Source: Candidatus Bathyarchaeota archaeon (lineage in GTDB: Archaea > Thermoproteota > Bathyarchaeia > Bathyarchaeales > Bathycorpusculaceae). From it: a DNA stretch of 64,000 nucleotides. Below are positions 22,692-31,364 of this stretch, one piece after another; position 1 is the stretch's first letter, and every line of letters starts with the position of its first letter. The translations under genes were made by a program, and so were the position numbers. Below the pieces are notes generated by a model. The model was not told the origin of the DNA. It did no database searches and was given only the letters and a program-made list of their open reading frames with translations. The DNA lies in NCBI GenBank assembly GCA_963775685.1, contig CAVZJV010000014.1:1600001-1664000 (forward strand). The letters run 5' to 3'.

Positions 22692-23705
22692 GTGGATTGT
22701 TTGCCTAGTTTGAAAATTAGCGTTAATGTTGGAGAGGGCTATAACGATCCGATGCGGTTCGTAGAATGCGCGGTTGTGGCTGAAAGATATGGGTTTGATG
22801 CTGTTTGGTTTGGTGATCATCTTTTGCCTTGGATACATAACCAAAACAAGTCAGCTTTTGTATGGTCGGTTATGGCTTCGGCTCTTGACAGGACCAATAG
22901 CATCAAGGTAGGTCCCATTGTTACTTCACCGATAGGGGGTAGATACCATCCCGCAATCATCGGACAAGCAGCTGCAACCTTAGATAACATGTACCCTGGA
23001 AGATTCCAGCTTGGGGTTGGTTCGGGCGAAGCAATTAATGAAGTCAACTTCTTTCCAAAAGGATGGCCGAGATGGCAGGAGAGGATTGACAGGTTGGCTG
23101 AAGCGATTGTTTTGATGAAGAGGATGTGGGAAAGCGAAGAATACTTCAATCATCAAGGTAAACATTTCAATATGAACAACTTCTTGCTCTATACAAAGCC
23201 TAAAACCAAGATTCCTATTTATTTTGCAGCTCAAGGAAGAAAAGCAGCATCTTATTCAGGGATTTATGGAGATCATCTCGTAACTGTAAACTCAGCGGAA
23301 AATTGTCGAGATGTGATTTTCCCGACCTTTGAGGAATCTGCTAGAAAAGTTGGAAAGGATCCGTCAGTTATGGAGAAGATGGTTGAAGTTTCCCTCTATT
23401 TTACCGAAAAGAATGCAGGTGTTGAAGAAGTTAAAAGATCTGGAGAAGCTGGTTTTTTTGCCGTTGGCTCTTTTGATGAAACGGATCCAAGAAAGGTCCA
23501 AGAAATGTCTAATACTGTGGTTGATGAAACGGTTTTAGCCAATTTCTGTTTCGTTTCCTCGCCAGACGATATTATTGAGGCAATTGAAAAATATGCGTAT
23601 GCGGGTGCGACGCATGTGGAACTCGTGACCCATTCATTCCCTGAAAGAATAGAGTTAATCGGAGAAAAAGTTCTGCCTTATTTCCTTAAAACAGAAAAAG
23701 GGTAG
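22692..23705 (+). CDS. LLM-class F420-dependent oxidoreductase (Fgd/Adf-like)
   Basis: AERYGFDAVWFGDHLLPW, RYHPAIIGQAAATLD.MYPGRF.LGVGSGEA.NE. Confidence 0.9.
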   Translation: MDCLPSLKISVNVGEGYNDPMRFVECAVVAERYGFDAVWFGDHLLPWIHNQNKSAFVWSVMASALDRTNSIKVGPIVTSPIGGRYHPAIIGQAAATLDNMYPGRFQLGVGSGEAINEVNFFPKGWPRWQERIDRLAEAIVLMKRMWESEEYFNHQGKHFNMNNFLLYTKPKTKIPIYFAAQGRKAASYSGIYGDHLVTVNSAENCRDVIFPTFEESARKVGKDPSVMEKMVEVSLYFTEKNAGVEEVKRSGEAGFFAVGSFDETDPRKVQEMSNTVVDETVLANFCFVSSPDDIIEAIEKYAYAGATHVELVTHSFPERIELIGEKVLPYFLKTEKG

Positions 23706-23882
23706 CAACTATTAGCTTAGTAGCTTAGCTTCAGATTTTCTATTCCTCGTTACTAACACGGGCATTGCTACGATAACAACCACTGTTCCCACTCCAGCCA
23801 CTACTCCAACCATTATTTCAACTAATTTTTTGCACTGTAAATCAAACAAGAAAGCAAAAAGAAACCCCATTTGTTGAAGTAG

Positions 23883-23928
23883 TGGTGGGCCGAGCCGGAC
23901 TTGAACCGGAGACCTGTGGCTCGTAAAG
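23883..23928 (-). repeat. Direct-repeat copy of the tRNA-Val 3' half (att-like)
   Basis: 46 nt matching 24706..24751 with 4 mismatches, from the anticodon loop to CCA. Confidence 0.9.
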
Positions 23929-23989
23929 GAAAAGTTTTGTACTTTGGTTTTCAAGACTTTGTTTAGAAGAGCTTCCGACGAATAATCCT

Positions 23990-24372
23990 TTAGAGTACAG
24001 TTATTCTTGGGGTCTCAAACTTCAGGAAGTCTTTATCTCTTGTTATAAGCAGTTCGTTATTTGCAGCTGCTACACCTGCTATCAGCACGTCAAGTTCGTT
24101 TACCTTCTTACCTTTCTCCTTTAACTTACTGTATAAGTTCACCGCTTTATTCATTGAAGCCTCCTCAAAATCGTAGATAACAAACTGCCTAAATCAATTC
24201 TGATACCAAACTTAAATTTTTCTTCTTTGTCCCTTTGAGCAATTCGTATTCAGTGATGATTGTTATAGCCATCCTCTCATTTTTAGAATAGGTCAATCAA
24301 GTCCAAGACAGATTTCTTTTGCTTCAAAGCATCGATAATTATGGAGGAATCAAACACAACCAACTGAATCAC
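23990..24372 (-). pseudogene. vapC: VapC/PIN-domain toxin, frameshifted (not in the ORF track)
   Basis: GTG overlaps the antitoxin stop (GTGA). Translated pieces read VVFDSSIIIDAL, ITIITEYELLKG and ELDVLIAGVAAANNELLITRDKDF, carrying the PIN acidic residues. Confidence 0.85.
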
Positions 24373-24614
24373 TCGATATCGGTCTTGCGTTGAACTGCAA
24401 GCTTTCTGCCCTTCTCCACCGCGGTAACCATTTCTTCAGCGTCCTCTTCGCTTGAAGGCTCATGTGAATTCAGAAACTTTAGAATCTTTTTTGGGTCGCC
24501 TTTATTCTCATATTGGTCAATTAGAGTTTTGAGTAACTCTGTGAATGATTTCCCGTTTTTCATTCGTGAAAGCTCGAAATAAACCTCATCGGATATTGAT
24601 ATTACTCGAACCAT
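24369..24614 (-). CDS. vapB: VapB-family antitoxin (DUF217-like)
   Basis: MVRVISISDEVY..L..MK.GKSFTELL..L, directly upstream of the PIN gene. Confidence 0.85.
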   Translation of the reverse strand: MVRVISISDEVYFELSRMKNGKSFTELLKTLIDQYENKGDPKKILKFLNSHEPSSEEDAEEMVTAVEKGRKLAVQRKTDIE

Positions 24615-24705
24615 CAGTATTTACCTGTATTCTATATCTATACATACAATGCATATTTTATTTTTCACAAGAAATATCCTTGCAACAGCGAAGCAAAATG
24701 CAAAA

Positions 24706-24783
24706 TGGTGGGCCGAGCCGGACTCGGACCGGCGACCTTTGGCTCGTAAAGCCAACGTCCTAACCAGGCTAGACGACCGGCCC
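24706..24783 (-). tRNA. tRNA-Val(UAC), CCA encoded
   Basis: Reverse complement folds as a cloverleaf: GGGCCGG/TCGGCCC acceptor, TTGGC-TTTACGA-GCCAA anticodon arm, GCCGG-TCCGAGT-CCGGC T arm, ACCA end. Confidence 0.95.
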
Positions 24784-24929
24784 ACACGGGTGTTTGATTA
24801 ACTGATTGCATTGGTTAATATTAGAATTTTGTTTCCCGAGGTATTTATTATTTGAACTGCCCTGCAAACACTGACGCCTTTACTGAAAGCCAATGAGCCT
24901 TCGAGTATTTCTGGAGTTAGAGCTCGTGT

Positions 24930-26112
24930 TCAACTTTTCCTTATACTTTTTTTCCAGTTAGCAAGAAACAGTACTGTCAAGACAGAACATGTTATTCCTG
25001 CAATTAAGAACACCCCATTAAAGCCAAGCGCCGAGAAGATTGGGTTAAAGATTATTGGGGGCAAAAACTGACCTATAAAAAGAAATGTTGTAAGGTAGGA
25101 TATCATTCTGCCTCGGACACATGTTTTCGTTAGTTCGCCCACCCAAAGATTTAGGGTAGGCATAACCATTCCTTGACCTACCCCAAATAGCACCATCATA
25201 ACTAACACAGATAATATGCTGATAGTTTGAGATAACAAGATCAAACCAAAAGTCCATAGGCCGAGCCCAACAAACGCAATAACGTTATATGAAAATTTAG
25301 ATTTAATTCTTTTATACATAAGAGCGCTTATTGCTGCAGCAACCCCCATGGCACCAATAAATAAGCTTATGACTAAACTGTTATTGATAGCAAAAGTCCT
25401 AGTCAAAAGCTGAGGGATGAAAGTAACATTCGTGTAAAGTAAGACCATCAGCCATAAACCCAAACCATAAACTGCAAAGATGAAAGGCTTTTGTTTAACT
25501 GTCTGGAGCACTGAAATATTATGCATCGCTTCGGTTTCGGGTTTTCTTTTGTCAAAGGCGTCTGGTATGATGAGCCATGCAAGCAAACCTATAGGGATAC
25601 CGGTTAAATAGATGCCGAAGGGTAAATTCCAAGCTAACAGTCCTAATGCACCCCCTAAAAGCGGCCAAATTACTCCTCCTAGTGAAGCTGTGCTAGCTTG
25701 CCAACCCATGATTTTGCTACATTCTTCCCCTTTGTAAGCATTCAGAATCAATAATATAAGCGGATTAGCTATCGCAGCTACAGCAATGCCAAGAAAAGCT
25801 CGGCTAATTAGCATAGTTGTTATATCTGTAACGAAAAGACCTGAAGCTCCCGCAATACCATAAAGTATTAAGCCATAAGCGAATGGCTTTTTGGAACCTA
25901 TTTTGTCGATAATGATTCCGAAAATTGGACTAAAAATTGCGATAAACAAGGCGTGAGTGGTTATAACAAACCGGATATTATTCTCATCAGCGCCCTGCAG
26001 ATTTCCCTGCATCAAACTTATAACTGGTGAAATGATAGAACCGGCCATAACAGCTTAAGGTACCAGCTGCTAAAACGATGAATAACGCTTTTTTCTTAGT
26101 TGCTTCACTCAT
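24930..26112 (-). CDS. MFS transporter (frameshift near 26050)
   Basis: Multiple TM helices; GIIIDKIGSK motif A; SRAFLGIA; N-terminus MSEATKKKALFIVLAAG from ATG 26112. Confidence 0.88.
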
Positions 26113-26555
26113 TGGATACATTTCCAGTGTTTTCGTTTTACTACTATAATGTTCTTAAACATCTTTTCAAGCAACCATAGCATAGACTTTTCATTCTAGC
26201 TAAACTCGATGTGAGAGCTTCGGTAAGTCGCTTAGAGACACTTATTAATTTTGGTTCTTTTGCTTGCCTTTTCGTGGTTAGCATATTTTGTACGCTCTGA
26301 CGTTTGCTTCATCTCTTTTCTATCGCATATCCTTTCTTGCAGAAGCTTAGCTATCGCCTAGCCATCGTTGCTTTGTCCACTCTAAAAATTAGAATTATGT
26401 TTCCTAGGTGGCTATCTAATTTTGTTCAATAACAAGTAAACTCTATATCCTTCAAAGAATCTTCACGAGTAGTCAGGAAAGCATCCAGTTCGAAACCCTC
26501 TCAATCGGCTGTTAAATTCATGAGGGATCAAAACAAAAAGTCAATCAAGGATTAA

Positions 26556-27471
26556 ATGGAAATGAAGATCTTAATATGCGGTAAAGGTGGAAGCGGAAAA
26601 AGTACAGTGGCTGCAGTTTTAGCCAAGAGCTTGCAGAGCGAAGGCTACCGTGTGATAGTTGTAGATGCTGATGAGTCAAACTATGGCCTTAGCGCCCAAC
26701 TTGGTCTTGCAGCTCCCAAGGAATTGATGGATCAAATCGGCGGAAAGAAGGCAGTGCAGGGCAAGATGGGCAGAGTTCAAGGTGATGGCCACAAAGCGCC
26801 TGTCTTCACTGAATTATGGGGCATCGACGATATCCCAGCGGAGGTTGTTTCAAAGAAAGACAGCTTGTATTTGGTGCAGGTTGGAAAGGTCAAGCATTAC
26901 GGTGAAGGCTGCGCCTGCCCAATGGGGGTGCTGTCCAAAGATTTCCTTAACCATCTATCGTTGGGTCCAAAGGATGTCGCTATCGTTGACACTGAAGCCG
27001 GCGTTGAGCATTTGGGGCGAGGCTTAGGCGGCAGCGTTGACCTCATTCTGGGAGTTATCGACCCCTCCTACGAGTCTATTAAGCTGTCTGAGAAATTCTC
27101 AGCCATGGCAGAAGAAAGCAAAAAACCCATACGATTCATCCTCAACAAAGTTGACAGCAACCTTGCCGGCGAGATTTTAGTTAAAGTTGGCCGAGAAAAG
27201 GTCGTCGGAGTTTTGCCCTTCAGCAAATCTGTTCAAGAAAAAGGCTTATTGGGAAAGCAAAAAACCCATACGATTCATCCTCAACAAAGTTGACAGCAAC
27301 CTTGCCGGCGAGATTTTAGTTAAAGTTGGCCGAGAAAAGGTCGTCGGAGTTTTGCCCTTCAGCAAATCTGTTCAAGAAAAAGGCTTATTGGGCAAAGCAC
27401 TTGACCCCCAGTCACTCAACATTGCGACTGCCACACGCTTTGTCCTAAACGCTCTAAACGAGAAAATTTAA
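26556..27471 (+). CDS. cooC: CooC/AcsF-type nickel-insertion ATPase (MinD family), disrupted by an internal tandem duplication
   Basis: GKGGSGKST, VDADE, GEGCACP, VDTEAGVEHLGRG, LNKVD. Confidence 0.88.
27114..27391 (+). repeat. Exact 139-bp tandem duplication
   Basis: 27114..27252 is repeated at 27253..27391. Confidence 0.95.
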
Positions 27472-27659
27472 AGGGTAATCTCTTGAATCCACAATGGAAA
27501 ACGTGACGACGTGACGTTTCTGGATAGCTGATTCAAGAAATTGTTAAAAGTTGTCGGATGAGACAGACAGCACAAGGTTTAATGATTATATATTTTAGTG
27601 CTTGATAGGTGGTTTCTTTTTACTAGGTGACTATATTTGTGTTTTTATAGTCACATTAT

Positions 27660-27990
27660 TTAAGGAGTTTTTTTTGAGGGCGCGGTATTTTTTTGAAATG
27701 AGCTCTAAATGTGGGCGTATGTTGTTACCCTTTTCGTATGCTTGCAGCACGGCGTAGTATTGTATTCGGTCCTTTAGTTCGATGTTTAAGGGCGGAAAAT
27801 TCTGTTTTAATAATATGTTGTTTAAAAGTAACTGTCCTACTCTGCTGTTGCCATCTTGAAATGGGTGATTACCTCAAACGGGTTATGAACCACGGCGCCT
27901 AAAACTATGGGTTGGCACTCCTTCTTGTTTTGGTTGTACCATCGCACAAGTTTTTTGAGCAAGGTATCTATCTGCTGCGTAAGACAAGCC
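27660..27990 (-). pseudogene. Fic-domain protein C-terminal remnant (not in the ORF track)
   Basis: Reads LLKKLVRWYNQNKK...VVHN..E.(fs)HPFQDGNSRVGQLLLNNILLK.NFPPLNIELKDR..YY, a degenerate HPFxDGNGRxxR motif. Boundaries approximate. Confidence 0.8.
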
Positions 27991-28081
27991 TGTCAGGGTC
28001 ATTTCCTTGCGCAGTAATTTTGCCTTGCATGTCTAAGCTGCAGACCATCCAGTCCGCCAGTTAAAAAAATAAGTCGTTGAG

Positions 28082-28105
28082 TGGAGGAACCGCTGGGATT
28101 TGAAC
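28082..28105 (-). repeat. Degenerate tRNA 3'-end fragment (att-like scar)
   Basis: Reverse complement is GTTCAAATCCCAGCGGTTCCTCCA: T-loop, T-stem 3' strand, acceptor 3' strand and CCA. Confidence 0.55.
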
Positions 28106-28144
28106 AAGATCGAATGCACCCGGGCACATGGTTACATCGTACAT

Positions 28145-29101
28145 CTAATCATGTTGACTACACTCGGGAGGCTGCTTGTGCTCGAAGAGCAACGGCAAAC
28201 CAACCATTGGAATTGATAATAGCCACAAGTTAAGGTTTCCCAAGAACCACAAGTACCAGTAGCTCCACGTTTCATTCCTTCCAAAGAAAATCCATGAGAG
28301 GTAATTCCAAAGGAAGAACAAGCCCAACACAGTGATGATAGCGCCGATTGTTTGAACCTCAAATTTTTCCACGTTTTCGGTCCCCATAGATTTTTTCGCG
28401 AAATAAGCAGTAAAAATTGTCAGTGCAAGCATTCCAAATGAGGTTAAAGTGAAACTAAGCAGATTTTCTGGGTAGGCAGTCAAATAATGGATTTCTTGTC
28501 GCAATACGGTTGATACCCAGATAGCAGTACTGGTAAGCCAGAACACCAAAACGTAAACCGTGCCCGCAATCAACCCCCACTTTATTGCTCCTTTCACTGG
28601 TTTGTTTGGGTTCAATTCGTATGATAGCTTGAACAACACAGTAGGAATAACAATGGATTCGATGAGTAAGGGTATTTCATAAATTAGAAGGGAAACAAAA
28701 ATTGGAAGCGTTGAAATATGCCCATTAACACGCCATATGGTGAAACCAAACGTAGATGTTAAGGTCAGAACAGCTGTAGTCAACAGCCCCAGCCAGTAAA
28801 TGGCTTCCCCAAACAGAACCAGTCTAACCAGTTTCTTTATCCTCTGTGTTGGAAGACCTTTTCTTATAAAGTAGAGAATGACGCCCCCTAAAGCGACTGC
28901 GCTGGCTACAAGTCTGAAGGCAATCCCGATCGCTCCAGAAATGTCCTCGGCGAAAATGATAAACCGAAGGGAGCCGTTGAAAGATTCCCATTCGCCAATC
29001 CACGAAAGAGTAAACATCGCATGGAATGTAAAAAGGAAGTATGCTAGAACGACTATAAGGAAACCGATTTTTGGTGGAGAATAGAAACTATGCTTTAGCA
29101 T
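28145..29101 (-). CDS. Multi-pass membrane hypothetical protein
   Basis: About eight hydrophobic segments; probable start at ATG 29101. Confidence 0.7.
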   Translation of the reverse strand: MLKHSFYSPPKIGFLIVVLAYFLFTFHAMFTLSWIGEWESFNGSLRFIIFAEDISGAIGIAFRLVASAVALGGVILYFIRKGLPTQRIKKLVRLVLFGEAIYWLGLLTTAVLTLTSTFGFTIWRVNGHISTLPIFVSLLIYEIPLLIESIVIPTVLFKLSYELNPNKPVKGAIKWGLIAGTVYVLVFWLTSTAIWVSTVLRQEIHYLTAYPENLLSFTLTSFGMLALTIFTAYFAKKSMGTENVEKFEVQTIGAIITVLGLFFLWNYLSWIFFGRNETWSYWYLWFLGNLNLWLLSIPMVGLPLLFEHKQPPECSQHD

Positions 29102-29316
29102 TGTATTTATTAGACAAGTATTTGCCAATTTGCTTTTATTTTTTTGGTTATGATAATGGGCACATAAATACCAAAAACAGCTATCGTCTTGGAACATTGT
29201 CTAATTTTCAGGATTACCGTTTATTCCCTATTTGATTTCCTAATTTTATATTGCCTAAATAATATAAAATGTACCATAAACCTTGAAGCGCTCAGGCTCA
29301 TTCATAAATGTTGAGT

Positions 29317-30060
29317 TTATTTTTTATTGATGTTTGATGCGCCTGAGGTGTTTATTGTTCCAAGTGTTGGTTCGCCGATGTACTGAAGGGTGGATACACC
29401 GCTTGCTTGAACATCTAACCTTCCGCTAAGGTTTACGGTTGCGTGGCTTGCCCCGCTTAAGTCGACGTTGACGTCGTTGACGCTAAAGTTGGTGAGGTCC
29501 AAGTTGCTTGCCCCCGAAACCGCTGAGGTAAGGTTGCTTCCAGTTCCCTCGCCTATAATGTGTGAAGCTCCGGACACTTCAAAGTTAACATCTCCGACGT
29601 TGAAGCTCCTAAGTTCTAACATGCTTGCGCCTGACACTTGGGCGGTGAACTTATTGGAGCTGCTAAAGCCGTCTGCTGTTCCCCTACTCGCACCCGACAG
29701 CTCTAAGTTGTCCAATGCAGGCATTGTTATTTCAGCTTTACTGTTAAAAACGCCGAAGAACACTCCAGGCTTAACATCAATCTTTAGTGTCTGACCCTGC
29801 TGTGTCACCTCGATTCTATCGAACAATCGCTCACCAGCGGAAATCTTTACGCTATAAGAGGCAGACTGCGTTATGGTAACTTGGAAAGCTGAGCCGACTT
29901 CAACTGAGGAAAACCCGCTGAAATCCAGACTCTCTGTTCGCTGGTTGCCCGGCAAGACCCAAAGAAAAACAAAAACAGACCCAACAACCAACACAACAAT
30001 ACCCACAGCCAATAAAACGATAAAAAGAGTACTTAAAGCCCTTCGGTTCTTATAGACCAT
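29317..30060 (-). CDS. DUF2807 (GIN/adhesin-head beta-helix) membrane-tethered protein
   Basis: N-terminal TM; FSSVEVGSAFQV.I; repeated SGAS motifs; ending YIGEP...INTSGASNI. Confidence 0.85.
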   Translation of the reverse strand: MVYKNRRALSTLFIVLLAVGIVVLVVGSVFVFLWVLPGNQRTESLDFSGFSSVEVGSAFQVTITQSASYSVKISAGERLFDRIEVTQQGQTLKIDVKPGVFFGVFNSKAEITMPALDNLELSGASRGTADGFSSSNKFTAQVSGASMLELRSFNVGDVNFEVSGASHIIGEGTGSNLTSAVSGASNLDLTNFSVNDVNVDLSGASHATVNLSGRLDVQASGVSTLQYIGEPTLGTINTSGASNINKK

Positions 30061-30250
30061 GAAATCAATCCCCTTTCTTAGATGAAAATAACCTTTTAGG
30101 CTTATTTATTATTTTTCATGTCATCTCGGTGCGTTCTGCAGCAACCAGAGTGATTTTTTTGGCAATTGAAAAACAGTACTTTAGTAATAGTTCACTTACA
30201 GTCACAAACCCTTTAATTTAAGATGTGGATAGCCTCACGGAGGAATTATT

Positions 30251-30643
30251 ATGCGAGAAAAGCAACAAAACCAAGAAGAAAAGAGCACCACCAAGCAGGC
30301 CGCGAAGAAGGCAGACGAGGAAAGCGCCGTGCTTGCGGCAATCGCCGCGATGCCTGGACCTGATCGCGAAATAGGCGAGCGTCTCCATGCCATAATCAAA
30401 GCAAGCGCGCCAGCCCTCTCGCCGAAAACTTGGTACGGGATGCCAGCGTATGCCAAGGACGGCAAGATCGTCTGTTTCTTCCAAAGCGCGCAAAAGTTCA
30501 ACACAAGGTACGCGACGTTCGGCTTCCAGCACGAAGCGAACCTCGACGAAGGCAACATGTGGCCGGTCGCCTTTGCGCTGAAGAAGTTGACTGCCGCCGA
30601 AGAAGTAAGGATCGGCGCACTTGTGACGAAAGCGGTAAGCTAA
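30251..30643 (+). CDS. DUF1801/YdhG-like protein
   Basis: [46 protein letters not shown]; markedly more GC-rich than its flanks. Confidence 0.88.
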   Translation: MREKQQNQEEKSTTKQAAKKADEESAVLAAIAAMPGPDREIGERLHAIIKASAPALSPKTWYGMPAYAKDGKIVCFFQSAQKFNTRYATFGFQHEANLDEGNMWPVAFALKKLTAAEEVRIGALVTKAVS

Positions 30644-31153
30644 GTCATAACTTTTTTAAATAATTAAGAAAAAAGTTAAGTATTTTAATACGCCCGCAGT
30701 GCATCTTATAACACCAAAGACGCGTGTGCAAAGCAATTGAGTACGGTCCAGATATTTTAGAGGGGTCAATCCTGTCTCTTTTATTCATGGTTTTTGCCAA
30801 GTTGATTTCACCTTTACAGAAACAGGCTTCAAGGTTGTTTATTATGTTAATTGAGGGTGAAAAAGGCTTTTTGTCTGAAGCAAATTTTTTCGGCATGTAG
30901 AAATGTATTGGGATTTTTTTGTCTGAGACCCTACTTATACAAAATTTGGGTTTTCATAGAAGAAGTTTTAGGTTAATCTGTTTTTTAGCGTGTTTTTGGG
31001 AGTACTTTAGTCATGACGAAACGTTTTATGGGTGACATTTTGCTCTTTTGGCTTTAGGAAAACGGGAGTAGCGTTTATTGCGGCGGGCGATTTTTCACTA
31101 ACCATATTTTTGGCTCCATAACTTGTTATGATTACATGAGAAAACAGCGAAAA

Positions 31154-31350
31154 TCAAGATTTCTTATTTTCAGATAACGATAGGTTTAAGCTATAACCTT
31201 CTTTGACAACATTTATCATCAGTTGCTGGCCTCGGAACAGTCTCATCAAGTCATGGTATTCTCTGGGAGAACAAGCGTGATTCGGTCGTATTCGTAGATC
31301 TTTCGGGCGTTCTTGTACTTTCTTTTTGATTTATCAAACCGAAGCTTCAC
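31154..31350 (-). CDS. Small basic protein immediately downstream of polB2 (one indel; not in the ORF track)
   Basis: VKLRFDKSKRKYKNARKIYEYDRITLVLP(fs)REYHDLMRLFRGQQLMINVVKEGYSLNLSLSENKKS; starts about 15 nt after the polB2 stop. Confidence 0.55.
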
Positions 31351-31364
31351 AATGAGCAAATCCC

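Noticed and set aside
26480-26510. GTTCGAAACCCTCTC as a fourth tRNA-end scar
   Set aside because: Only the T-loop-like heptamer matches; there is no convincing acceptor strand or CCA.
30218-30663. Overlapping alternative ORFs around the DUF1801 gene, and the many antisense ORFs in the track (e.g. 7910..8395, 8899..9357, 54308..54766)
   Set aside because: These are shadows of real genes on the opposite strand or frame, with no independent motifs.
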